From the NCBI GenBank assembly GCA_035492855.1, contig DATJIU010000012.1, positions 3,053 to 67,052 on the forward strand: a stretch of DNA of 64,000 nt, read 5' to 3'. This stretch comes from Dongiaceae bacterium (lineage in GTDB: Bacteria > Verrucomicrobiota > Verrucomicrobiia > Limisphaerales > JAFMIX01). The translations under genes and the position numbers were made by a program. A model generated the notes under the pieces. That model did not search any database and was not told where the DNA came from. It saw only the letters and a list, made by a program, of their open reading frames with translations. Below, piece after piece: positions 55,889 to 63,918 of the stretch. How positions within the stretch are numbered: the stretch's first letter is position 1; each line of letters begins with the position of its first letter.

Positions 55889-57344
55889 CGCCGGGTTTGC
55901 GCACTTCGATGAACACGTTGACCCCGATGTTTTCCGTGATGACCCGGACATTCTCGGCCGGCGCCTCATCCGGGGCCAGCGTGGCAAAGCCGGCGCCATT
56001 CCGGTAGATCAAATGCCAGTCCAGCAGATATTCCATCGAGTAGCGGAACGGGCGCGAGGCGTTCATGGCATCGCTGACGTTGGTGGCGAGCAACAAGCCC
56101 CCCGGCGCCAGCATTTCATAAAAAATGTTCATCAACCGCTTGCACACCGGGTCGGACAAATAGTCAAACAACCCCGCGCAATAGACCAAATCGTACTTCT
56201 GGTCGTCCGCCAGCCCGCCGGCCCGGCCGCGATCCTTCAGAATCTGATGCACCGATTTCTTGATGAACTGGACCGGATTGCCCGCCGTCTGCCGGGACTG
56301 GATGGCGCCCAGTGCGCGGCGGGCGTATTGCAGCGTTTCTTCGTTGAAATCCAGCAAGGTGAAATCCGTCCAGACGCTCAGATGCCCGTGTTCATTGAAA
56401 AACCGCTGGATTTCCTGTGCCGGACCGCAGCCCAGGTTGAACACCTGCGCCACCTTGTGGTGGGTGGACATCCGCACCGCCTCGGCGACCAGCTTGCGGC
56501 ACAAATAATCCACGCGATTGCGGTGCGCTTCCGCCGGCGACTGTCCCAGCAGCCAGACATTGATCACTTTGGCGAACAGGGAATCCCCTTCCTGCGGCGG
56601 CCGCAACATCATGTCCACCATTTCATAATCCCCGGCATAGCCCAGCGGTTTGTGATACGTGCGGCTCGCAAAGGGGGAACTCAGCAGCAGGGGGTGCATC
56701 TGCCGGCGAAAATACATTTGATGCGCGGGTTCCAAATCCGCCTCGAGGCTCCCCGCAATGGCTTCAAATTGATCAATGAAAGTGTCAATGGATCGCGTGA
56801 CCGGCCGGGCCAGTTCCGTCACAATGCGGCGCTCCACTTCGGGCCGGTCCGGCACCGCGGCGGCCCGAACTTCCAATTCCACTTGGTTGAGCCACAACTG
56901 CAACCCGGCCAGGTAGCTCTGCAGGTCCGCCACCACCAGCTTGAATTCCGGCAGCACCTTGTACAGCTTCTGCCACTCCTGCATGAACTGCCGGTACTCG
57001 GCATCCAGCCGCTTGTTCAACTGGCCGTTGGTGGCCGCCAGGCTGAGATCCATCCACGCGCTCTCGCTCAAGGTGACCTCGCAGACGACGGTCGCCGGCC
57101 CGGTGTTGATGAGCCCGCGCACCACCGCCTTGCCCGCATACAACAGGCGGGGGCCCGCCTTCACCTGAAAGTCCGCCAGCACTTCCGAAAGCCGCACCGC
57201 GGCCGGCGGGTTGTACATTTCAAACACCGCGGTAAAACGCGTCAGTTTCAGCAGCTTGCCCTGCAACTCTTGGCCCTGCACAAGCTTGCCGGTCACCGTG
57301 CTCTCCCGGATCATCCCCGGGCTGGTATCATTTTTTTCCGCCAT
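55881..57344 (-). CDS. SAM-dependent methyltransferase with a long N-terminal domain (PhcB-like by architecture and context)
   Basis: 487 aa. The C-terminal half carries class-I MTase motifs: 'VFNLGCGPAQE' (motif I), 'FTLLDFNEE' (acidic post-I) and 'YDLVYCAGLFDYL' (motif II), followed by 'LAPGGLLLATN'. The N-terminal ~230 aa have no recognised catalytic motif. The stop overlaps the kinase start by 8 nt. Confidence 0.7.
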   Translation of the reverse strand: MAEKNDTSPGMIRESTVTGKLVQGQELQGKLLKLTRFTAVFEMYNPPAAVRLSEVLADFQVKAGPRLLYAGKAVVRGLINTGPATVVCEVTLSESAWMDLSLAATNGQLNKRLDAEYRQFMQEWQKLYKVLPEFKLVVADLQSYLAGLQLWLNQVELEVRAAAVPDRPEVERRIVTELARPVTRSIDTFIDQFEAIAGSLEADLEPAHQMYFRRQMHPLLLSSPFASRTYHKPLGYAGDYEMVDMMLRPPQEGDSLFAKVINVWLLGQSPAEAHRNRVDYLCRKLVAEAVRMSTHHKVAQVFNLGCGPAQEIQRFFNEHGHLSVWTDFTLLDFNEETLQYARRALGAIQSRQTAGNPVQFIKKSVHQILKDRGRAGGLADDQKYDLVYCAGLFDYLSDPVCKRLMNIFYEMLAPGGLLLATNVSDAMNASRPFRYSMEYLLDWHLIYRNGAGFATLAPDEAPAENVRVITENIGVNVFIEVRKPGDA

Positions 57345-57413
57345 AAACGCCTTCGCCGTTCATTCGTCCCCGTCCCGCGCGGCAACTCAAATCCGCCAAA
57401 CCCGCGCCGGCTC

Positions 57414-58664
57414 TCAAAAATGCCACTGCATTGACACCGCCACCGCGTGGCTGATGTAATCATATTTCCCGTCCGTCGTCTGCCCGGAGACCGGCGAAGC
57501 CGCGCTGCCGGAAACCGTCCGGGTCCCGGCAAATCCAAATTGATACGCCACGTCAAAATCCAACCGCTGGCCCTTATGCCCGATGCCCACGCTCAGGAAA
57601 TGACGGTCCAAATCGGTTGCCAGCGGGGTATAATTTGCGTCCGGCACCGAATTTTCATTGAAAATATAACCGCCGCTCACGTGCCAGCCGTGGTCCAGAT
57701 ACCGGGTCACCCCAAACTCGTAATACCAGCTCGATTGCCAGTTCAGCACCAGCGGGATGTTTTGCCCCAGCGCCGTTGGCGCCGATTGTTCCACCACCAG
57801 CGACTTCACGCTGCTCCAGTCGGTGTAGTCGGCATTGAATTCCAGGTTCCACGCCGGCGTGGGCCGGTAGGAAATGCCAAAGATCGCCTTGTAAGGCAAA
57901 GGCAGGTCCGTCCGGGCCGACGTGCGCTCGGCAAAGGCCCCGATGTTGTCTTCGGTATGCCCCCGCATATTGATCGTGCTGCCGCTCCGGAAGGTCACCC
58001 CCACCGCGATTTTCTCGTGCGGCTTCCACAGCATTCCCAGATTGTACGCCACATCCCAGCCGTCACCGTCAAACCGGAAGCCGTCCGTCGGCTGGGTGGG
58101 ATTAAACAATCCCTGGCGCAAATCCGTCATCGCGAACACCGCCGAAACCCCGCCACCAATCGAGAACGTGGGCGACACCTTAAATGCCACGACCGGGTTG
58201 AGCGCCAGCGTGCTCAGTGAAGATTCGGTCGCCAGCGTGCGAAAGCCGGTGTCCTGCGGCCATTTCACTCCCAGCCCAAACGGCGAATACAATCCCACGC
58301 CAAAGCTCCACGGCGAATCCGCCGCCGTGTAGGTGTAGTAAAACTGCGGGATCGCATGCAGTTTGTCATCATTGTGATACTCGGATCCGGCATTGGCCCC
58401 GGTGGTGGAAGTAAAGGTGGGCTCCAAATCAATGCCATAAATGCCCGCTCGCAGGTTTTGTCCCGCCAGTTGCGTAATGCCCGCCGGATTGTAATAAATC
58501 GCCGACGGATTGTCCGCCGTGGCCACAAATGCCATGCCCCGGCCGATCACAAAGGCATCCTGATCCGGCAAATCATACCCGGCAGCCTGGGCCGAAACGG
58601 CCACCAGTGTCATGTTTCCAGCCACCAAACCCAGTGGCAGCAGCCTTTTTGAGCTCTTTTTCAT
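57414..58664 (-). CDS. Outer-membrane transport protein, OMPP1/FadL/TodX family
   Basis: 416 aa. Signal peptide 'LVAVSAQA', 'AGYDLPDQDAFVIGRGMAFVATADNPSAIYYNPAG' typical of FadL-family N-termini, an alternating beta-strand pattern and a terminal aromatic (…MQWHF). Confidence 0.9.
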   Translation of the reverse strand: MKKSSKRLLPLGLVAGNMTLVAVSAQAAGYDLPDQDAFVIGRGMAFVATADNPSAIYYNPAGITQLAGQNLRAGIYGIDLEPTFTSTTGANAGSEYHNDDKLHAIPQFYYTYTAADSPWSFGVGLYSPFGLGVKWPQDTGFRTLATESSLSTLALNPVVAFKVSPTFSIGGGVSAVFAMTDLRQGLFNPTQPTDGFRFDGDGWDVAYNLGMLWKPHEKIAVGVTFRSGSTINMRGHTEDNIGAFAERTSARTDLPLPYKAIFGISYRPTPAWNLEFNADYTDWSSVKSLVVEQSAPTALGQNIPLVLNWQSSWYYEFGVTRYLDHGWHVSGGYIFNENSVPDANYTPLATDLDRHFLSVGIGHKGQRLDFDVAYQFGFAGTRTVSGSAASPVSGQTTDGKYDYISHAVAVSMQWHF

Positions 58665-58732
58665 ATTTTATCCATCCGTTTGTTACGAGCTGTTCTGCTT
58701 TAGCAGTTTCCACGCCGGAACCACCAGAAATT

Positions 58733-59662
58733 CTAAGCTTTTTCCACGGCCGACCGCAGGGCGGCCTCACTGCCATACCGGGGTTGCCACCCCTTGCCGC
58801 GCAACTTCGCGTTGCTGCCGGTAAAATCCACCAGCATGTCGGCGATCCAGCACGGATGCACCGGCGAGCCCAGGTACTGCCACTTGAAATGGGTGATAAA
58901 ACGGGCCAACCCCAGCGGGACGGTGGGCACAAAACGCTTGCCCACCAACCGCCACACGTCCTGCAACCGGATGAAATCATCCGGCACCACGTTGAACGTT
59001 CCCGGCAATTCCGTGCGCAACGCCAGGATGAAAGCCGCCGCCACGTCTTCCTCATGGATGAACTGGCGCCGCGGATTGTAACCCCAAAAATTCACCGCAT
59101 TCTCCCGGTAACTCTTTATCACCGGCTGGTTGCGTGGCCCGATGATGTAAATGGGCCGGAGCATCGACAGCAGTACGTCCGTGCCTTGGAAAATCTGGTT
59201 CAGGGTCTTTTCCGCCGCGGCTTTGGCGTTCCAGTAGTAATAGGGCGAATCCCCCCGCCCCAAGGCGAAATCCTCCGTGACGTCCGACTGGCCCCGGGCC
59301 AGAACCGGATCGTAGGCCGCCATGCTGCTGGTGTGGACAAACCGTCGCACCCCGCTCGCCAGTGCGGCCTGCGCCACATTGCGCACCCCGTTCAAGTTGA
59401 TGTCATCGCGTTCCTGCACCGTCATTTTCCGCGACCACAGCACCACGCACGCGGTATGCACTACCACATCGTGTCCCGCCATCACCGTCGCCAGCCCCGG
59501 CGCCCGCATGTCCTGCCGGACAAATTTCATCTTGGCCGGCAGCGACCGGCGCGGCTCGCTCAATCCGATCCCCGTGATGCCCTCCACTTCCGGCATCGCC
59601 GCAAAGCGCTCCCCCAGCAGGCTGCCCAGGTATCCATTTGCACCGGTCAGAAAAATCCGCAT
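58733..59662 (-). CDS. NAD-dependent epimerase/dehydratase family (extended SDR) protein
   Basis: The start is taken at ATG 59662 ('MRIFLTGANGYLGSLL' Rossmann loop), preceded by an AAGAAGG Shine-Dalgarno-like run. The ORF-track TTG at 59680 would overlap the upstream SDR gene. Confidence 0.85.
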   Translation of the reverse strand: MRIFLTGANGYLGSLLGERFAAMPEVEGITGIGLSEPRRSLPAKMKFVRQDMRAPGLATVMAGHDVVVHTACVVLWSRKMTVQERDDINLNGVRNVAQAALASGVRRFVHTSSMAAYDPVLARGQSDVTEDFALGRGDSPYYYWNAKAAAEKTLNQIFQGTDVLLSMLRPIYIIGPRNQPVIKSYRENAVNFWGYNPRRQFIHEEDVAAAFILALRTELPGTFNVVPDDFIRLQDVWRLVGKRFVPTVPLGLARFITHFKWQYLGSPVHPCWIADMLVDFTGSNAKLRGKGWQPRYGSEAALRSAVEKA

Positions 59663-59676
59663 GCCGTGGCCTTCTT

Positions 59677-60519
59677 TCAATGTTTTCCGGAACGGTTCCG
59701 GTTTTGCGCGTCCACCACGCGTTGAAAAAAGTCATTCGCCCCGGTCTGGCCCGCAATCCACTCGCCCAGTCGGGGGAACAGCGCCGTGAACGCCAGCAAC
59801 GGCCGGACGGGCAGTGAATTGACGATGACTTCGGGCCGGTCGTCTTCAATGGCCCGGATCACCGCCCGCACCACCGCCTCCGGCGGCGAGGTGCCCAGCA
59901 ACGCCGGCGCGGCGCAACCGCTCGCGGCCTTCAGCTTGGCATAAATGCCCGCTTCCACAAATCCCGGCACGATCACCGAAGCACTCACGCCGTTCCGCCG
60001 GTACGTGGCCCGCAATGAAGCGGTGAAGGCAATCAGTCCCGCCTTGGTGGCGGCATAGGGTTCCTGGTACGCCGGCCCGGACTTGCCGGCCAGCGAGGCC
60101 ATGTTGATAATGTGCCCGCTCCGGCGACGCACCATCTCGGGCAGCACCAGTTTGGTCATGACCATGGGCGCCTCCAGGTTCACCCCGATGATGTCCCGGA
60201 TATTTTCCTCGGTCAGTTCGTGGTAGGCGGAGGTAATTTCCACCCCGGCGTTGTTGATCAGGATGTCCACCTCGCCCAGGTTCCGATGCACCTCGTCCAG
60301 CAGTTGGTGCCGCTGCGCGGGATCGCGCAGATCGGCCGCCAGGGAAAACGCCTCGCAACCGCTCGCCGCCACCGAACGCTGCAGCTCCTCCAGTTCGATG
60401 CCCGGAAACGCCACCAAAGCCAGTTTGACTTTTCGTTCGGCCAGCGCCCGGGTGATGTGCACTCCCAGTCCTCCGGTGGCGCCGGTCACCAACACTGTCT
60501 GCCCGGTTGAAATTTTCAT
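59677..60519 (-). CDS. Classical short-chain dehydrogenase/reductase (FabG-like SDR)
   Basis: 280 aa. 'VLVTGATGGLGVHI' (TGxxxGxG), 'NNAG', and 'YAATKAGL' (the YxxxK catalytic motif). Confidence 0.9.
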   Translation of the reverse strand: MKISTGQTVLVTGATGGLGVHITRALAERKVKLALVAFPGIELEELQRSVAASGCEAFSLAADLRDPAQRHQLLDEVHRNLGEVDILINNAGVEITSAYHELTEENIRDIIGVNLEAPMVMTKLVLPEMVRRRSGHIINMASLAGKSGPAYQEPYAATKAGLIAFTASLRATYRRNGVSASVIVPGFVEAGIYAKLKAASGCAAPALLGTSPPEAVVRAVIRAIEDDRPEVIVNSLPVRPLLAFTALFPRLGEWIAGQTGANDFFQRVVDAQNRNRSGKH

Positions 60520-60570
60520 GACGTCAGGGGCACGCTAGTCCATGGCCTGCGGCCGAACAATCAAATTCGA

Positions 60571-61713
60571 TTATCGTTTTCGTTGATTCATTGATTCGGT
60601 AATGGCGCTGCTGCGGGGCGTCGGACCGCGCAGCCAAAGCACCAAAACCAACCCGCCCAGCAATAACGCCGCCGCGGCCAGAATCAGCCCCCACCGGCCC
60701 GTGCGGTCTGCCGTTGCTGTTGCGTCCGGAGCGCCCGGGGCAGCAGCCGGAGCCACCGCCGCCGCTGACGGTGCTGTGGTCGCGGGTGACACGGTTGCGG
60801 GTACAGCAACCGCAACCGGCGGTTGATGGGACGGCTCCAGCGGCACATTCGCAGATGGGGTGAGAGCCGGATTGGTCGCCGAGTTCTTGCTTTCCGCCAG
60901 TTGCGCTTCCGCCGCGATGATAGCGGCCACGCTGTCGTTGGTGGCGGTTGCCGGCGCGGGCGTCCCGGGCGACACATCCGGCGCGGCCGCCTTGTGGGAA
61001 TAATCCAAAATCAGGGGCGCATTGGTGGTATAAACCACTGCCGGCGGCGGCGGAGCTTCAACCTTGGCCGCCGGTAATTCCACGGGTTTGTTGGTGGCAG
61101 GCGGCAGGGCGGGAATGTGCACCGGCCCGCTGGCGGCATTGACCGTGCAGCCCACCAACGCCCCTTCCCGTGCCTGTAGTACGGTAACAAAAAGAGATTT
61201 TTCGGCGCGCAATTTCTCGCGCTGCGCCGCGTACGCCTGGTTGATGGCATCATCGAATGGCGTGCCCTGCACCGGCTCAAAACCGTCGGAAAACAACAGC
61301 ACAGTAAGCGTCGGCGAATTGGTCACCAGCGTGAGCAGGTCTGGCAGCACCGTGGCAATCCGGCCGGCGCCCCGGCAATCCTGTGCGCTGAGAAAGCCAT
61401 CCACCCGCCGGGCAATCTCCACCCGCTGGTCCGACCGCCACCGTTGCAATGGAAAATTGCCGGCATGCAGTTCGGTGTTGTACGTCCATACGCCCAGCGT
61501 GTCGCCCGCGCGCAACTGGCCATCCATTTGCGAACGCAGCAAGTCCTGGATGCACAACTGCGCCGCCGGCAATTGCGGCTGGTTGGCCCGCGCCGTTTCC
61601 ACGACCAGTAAAAAGCGGTTCTCTGCGTGAAGCGACGCCTGCAGCGCCACGATAAGAAAAAGCCCCACGCCCGCCCAGCGACCGAATATTGCCCCGCATC
61701 GCCTCATAAGCAT
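60571..61713 (-). CDS. Hypothetical secreted, C-terminally membrane-anchored protein with a possible MIDAS-less VWA-like N-domain and a P/A-rich linker
   Basis: ATG 61713 overlaps the upstream stop (TGATG). Signal 'GLFLIVALQASLHA', 'FLLVVETARA...LTVLLFSDG' reminiscent of a VWA fold without DxSxS, a long Pro/Ala/Thr low-complexity region, and the terminal TM helix 'WGLILAAAALLLGGLVLVLWL'. The family call is tentative. Confidence 0.5.
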   Translation of the reverse strand: MLMRRCGAIFGRWAGVGLFLIVALQASLHAENRFLLVVETARANQPQLPAAQLCIQDLLRSQMDGQLRAGDTLGVWTYNTELHAGNFPLQRWRSDQRVEIARRVDGFLSAQDCRGAGRIATVLPDLLTLVTNSPTLTVLLFSDGFEPVQGTPFDDAINQAYAAQREKLRAEKSLFVTVLQAREGALVGCTVNAASGPVHIPALPPATNKPVELPAAKVEAPPPPAVVYTTNAPLILDYSHKAAAPDVSPGTPAPATATNDSVAAIIAAEAQLAESKNSATNPALTPSANVPLEPSHQPPVAVAVPATVSPATTAPSAAAVAPAAAPGAPDATATADRTGRWGLILAAAALLLGGLVLVLWLRGPTPRSSAITESMNQRKR

Positions 61714-62186
61714 CAATGTTTTGGCCGCCGATAATTCGCGCGCTCGCGCCGGTTATATTGTTCCAGGTCCTGATTCAACTGCGTCTCCACCTGGCCCAGC
61801 ATTTGCAGAAAACTCGCGCAACTGGCCGTCAGGCCGCCGAGACCGGTAATGGTGTCGCGCTCGGCCAGATCGTCCGTCACCACCAGCACCTCGCCGTATT
61901 CCCGGAACCGGTACGCCGCCCGCTCAATCAAATCGTCCGCCGTCTGGCCCGTTCCGGAAAACAGCACTTCCACCTGCCGGGCAAATTCATCCGCCGTGCC
62001 CTTGCGCTTCGCCCCGGTGCCGTCGAAAAACACCGTCACCGGTGTGTGACTCGCGTCCTGATACCGCGTCAGCCACTGGATCAGCTCCTCGCGGGCGGCG
62101 GCGGAATGCCGCGCCCGGCCCGGCGCCAGTTCCGGCCAGTTGTGCAACAGGCTGTAGCCATCCACCAAAATCCGGACCAAGGCCAT
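61713..62186 (-). CDS. NYN/PIN-like domain protein (YacP/DUF901-like predicted RNA-binding nuclease)
   Basis: 157 aa. 'ILVDGYSLLHNWPEL', 'VTVFFDG' and 'SGTGQTADDLIE...VVTDD' match the YacP/NYN pattern. Confidence 0.7.
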   Translation of the reverse strand: MALVRILVDGYSLLHNWPELAPGRARHSAAAREELIQWLTRYQDASHTPVTVFFDGTGAKRKGTADEFARQVEVLFSGTGQTADDLIERAAYRFREYGEVLVVTDDLAERDTITGLGGLTASCASFLQMLGQVETQLNQDLEQYNRRERANYRRPKH

Positions 62187-62249
62187 GACGCCAATCAGTT
62201 ATGTTGCCACCCCACGAACCCGCAATGCCCTTCCGGCATGGCTCACGGC

Positions 62250-63704
62250 TCACTTGATGGTGAGTTCCTTGTGGATCTGGAATTTCTCCACCCGCTTGCG
62301 CAGCGTGGCGCGCGTGATGCCGAGCAACCGTGCCGCATGCACCTGGTTGCCGTTTACTTCCTTCAACGCCTGGATGATCAGCTCGCGTTCCACCGCCGGA
62401 ATGATTTTGCGTGACGGTTCCCGTCGCGCCCACCGAAACAGTTCCCCCGCCAGCGACACCAGGTCCAGGTCGCCGGTGGCGGTGACCGCCCCGGTTGCCG
62501 GCGCTCCGCTTGGCACTGACGGGGCCGCGCCCGGCCCGGAAATCTGCGGCGGCAAATCGCCCTGCAAAATGGCGTCACCCTTGGCCATCACCAGCGCGCG
62601 CTCGATCACGTTTTCCAGCTCGCGCACATTGCCCGGCCAGTGATACTGCACCAGCGCCTTGAGGCCGCTCTGGGAAATGGACTTCGGCCGCGTGCTCTGT
62701 TTTTCCTGGGCGAATTTCTTGAGAAAATAATTGATGAGCAGCGGAATATCCTCTCGGCGTTCGCGCAGCGGCGGAATCTGGATGCGCACCACGTTGAGCC
62801 GGTAGAACAGATCCTCCCGGAATTGCCGCGCCGCCACCGCCTGCTCCAGCGGCCGGTTCGTCGCCGCAATGACACGCACATCCACCGAGATGGGCTGGTT
62901 GCCGCCCACCCGCTCGAAGGTGCCGCTCTGCAACACCCGCAAAATTTTGGTCTGCGTGGCCGGCGTCATGTCGCCGATTTCATCCAGGAAAATCGTGCCG
63001 CCGTTGCATTGCTCAAAGCGCCCGATGCGCTGCCCGGTGGCGCCGGTAAATGCACCCTTCTCGTGCCCGAACAATTCGCTCTCCAGCAACTGTTCCGGAA
63101 TGGCCGCGCAGTTGATGGCCAGGAAGGGTTTTTCGCTGCGCTGGCTGTGATGATACACCGCGCGAGCCACGAGTTCCTTGCCCGTGCCGGTCTCGCCGGT
63201 GATGAGCGCGGTGGCATCGCTCGCCGCCAGCTGGCCGATGAGCTTGAAGACATTCTGCATCGGGCTGCTGCGGCCCACGATGCCCTGCTCATAATCCTCC
63301 GACTCCAGCAATGGCTGGTACGACACCACCTGCTTCATGTCGCGCGCCGCCTTGAGGGCGTCGGCCACGATCTGCTTGAGCTTGGGGACGTCAAACGGCT
63401 TGAGCAGGTAATCGTACGCGCCGTACTTCATCGCCTCGATCGCCATTTGCGTCGTGCCGTACGCGGTCATTAAAATCACCAGCAGCTTGGGCTCCGTCTG
63501 GCGCAGCTTGCGGAGCGTTTCCAGCCCGCTCATGCCCCCCATGCGAATATCCATGAGCACGAGGTCGGGCTTGAGCTTGGGAATGATCTTCAGCCCTTCC
63601 TCACCGCTGGAAGCCGTGGTCAGCTCCACATCCGGCGAATCAAAGATTCGCTGAAAGGAGTACTGCACGTCCGCTTCGTCATCGATCAACAGTATTTTAC
63701 TCAT
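62250..63704 (-). CDS. Sigma-54-dependent response regulator (NtrC/AtoC-type enhancer-binding protein)
   Basis: 484 aa. REC ('ILLIDDEAD', 'LMDIRMGGMSG', 'LLKPF'), AAA+ domain with 'GETGTGKE' and the sigma-54 contact loop 'GAFTGA', and a C-terminal Fis-type HTH 'GNQVHAARLLGITRATLRKRV'. Confidence 0.95.
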   Translation of the reverse strand: MSKILLIDDEADVQYSFQRIFDSPDVELTTASSGEEGLKIIPKLKPDLVLMDIRMGGMSGLETLRKLRQTEPKLLVILMTAYGTTQMAIEAMKYGAYDYLLKPFDVPKLKQIVADALKAARDMKQVVSYQPLLESEDYEQGIVGRSSPMQNVFKLIGQLAASDATALITGETGTGKELVARAVYHHSQRSEKPFLAINCAAIPEQLLESELFGHEKGAFTGATGQRIGRFEQCNGGTIFLDEIGDMTPATQTKILRVLQSGTFERVGGNQPISVDVRVIAATNRPLEQAVAARQFREDLFYRLNVVRIQIPPLRERREDIPLLINYFLKKFAQEKQSTRPKSISQSGLKALVQYHWPGNVRELENVIERALVMAKGDAILQGDLPPQISGPGAAPSVPSGAPATGAVTATGDLDLVSLAGELFRWARREPSRKIIPAVERELIIQALKEVNGNQVHAARLLGITRATLRKRVEKFQIHKELTIK

Positions 63705-63778
63705 GGCATTCCGAGATTACCACGGCCCAACATAACGAAACGACGGCGTGGGAACAGCGAATTTTACGCCATTTCACC

Positions 63779-63796
63779 GCAAAATCGCGATTTTGC
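63779..63796. promoter_or_regulatory. Perfect 18-bp palindrome upstream of the sigma-54 activator gene (candidate operator)
   Basis: GCAAAATCG|CGATTTTGC is self-complementary over all 18 nt. It lies 75-92 nt upstream of the ATG at 63704. Confidence 0.35.
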
Positions 63797-63918
63797 CTGG
63801 CCAAACCCCGCTTTTTCCGGATGAAAATGGCCGGCGGGCGATTTCTCGAAGCAGAGATCAATCCCCTTTCTGTCAGGGCGAGGTCCTCGCGAGCCGCCCT
63901 TTTCTGCCGCCGCAACCT

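Noticed and set aside
55785-57434. 549-aa plus-strand ORF. The same reasoning applies to 54638-55912, 52110-53120, 50618-51682, 58529-59725 and 62640-63473.
   Set aside because: All are antisense to minus-strand genes with strong kinase, methyltransferase, SDR or AAA+ motifs. Their translations are R/G/H/Q/P-rich with no motifs.
62187-62249. Sigma-54-like GG...GC element (GGAAGGGCATTGCG, minus strand) upstream of the NYN gene. Similar near-matches occur at 57345-57413 (TGGCGGATTTGAGTTGC) and 58665-58732 (TGGAAACTGCTAAAGC).
   Set aside because: The GG-to-GC spacing is off by 1-2 nt in each case, and the -24 or -12 hexamers are poor. They are not convincing sigma-54 promoters.
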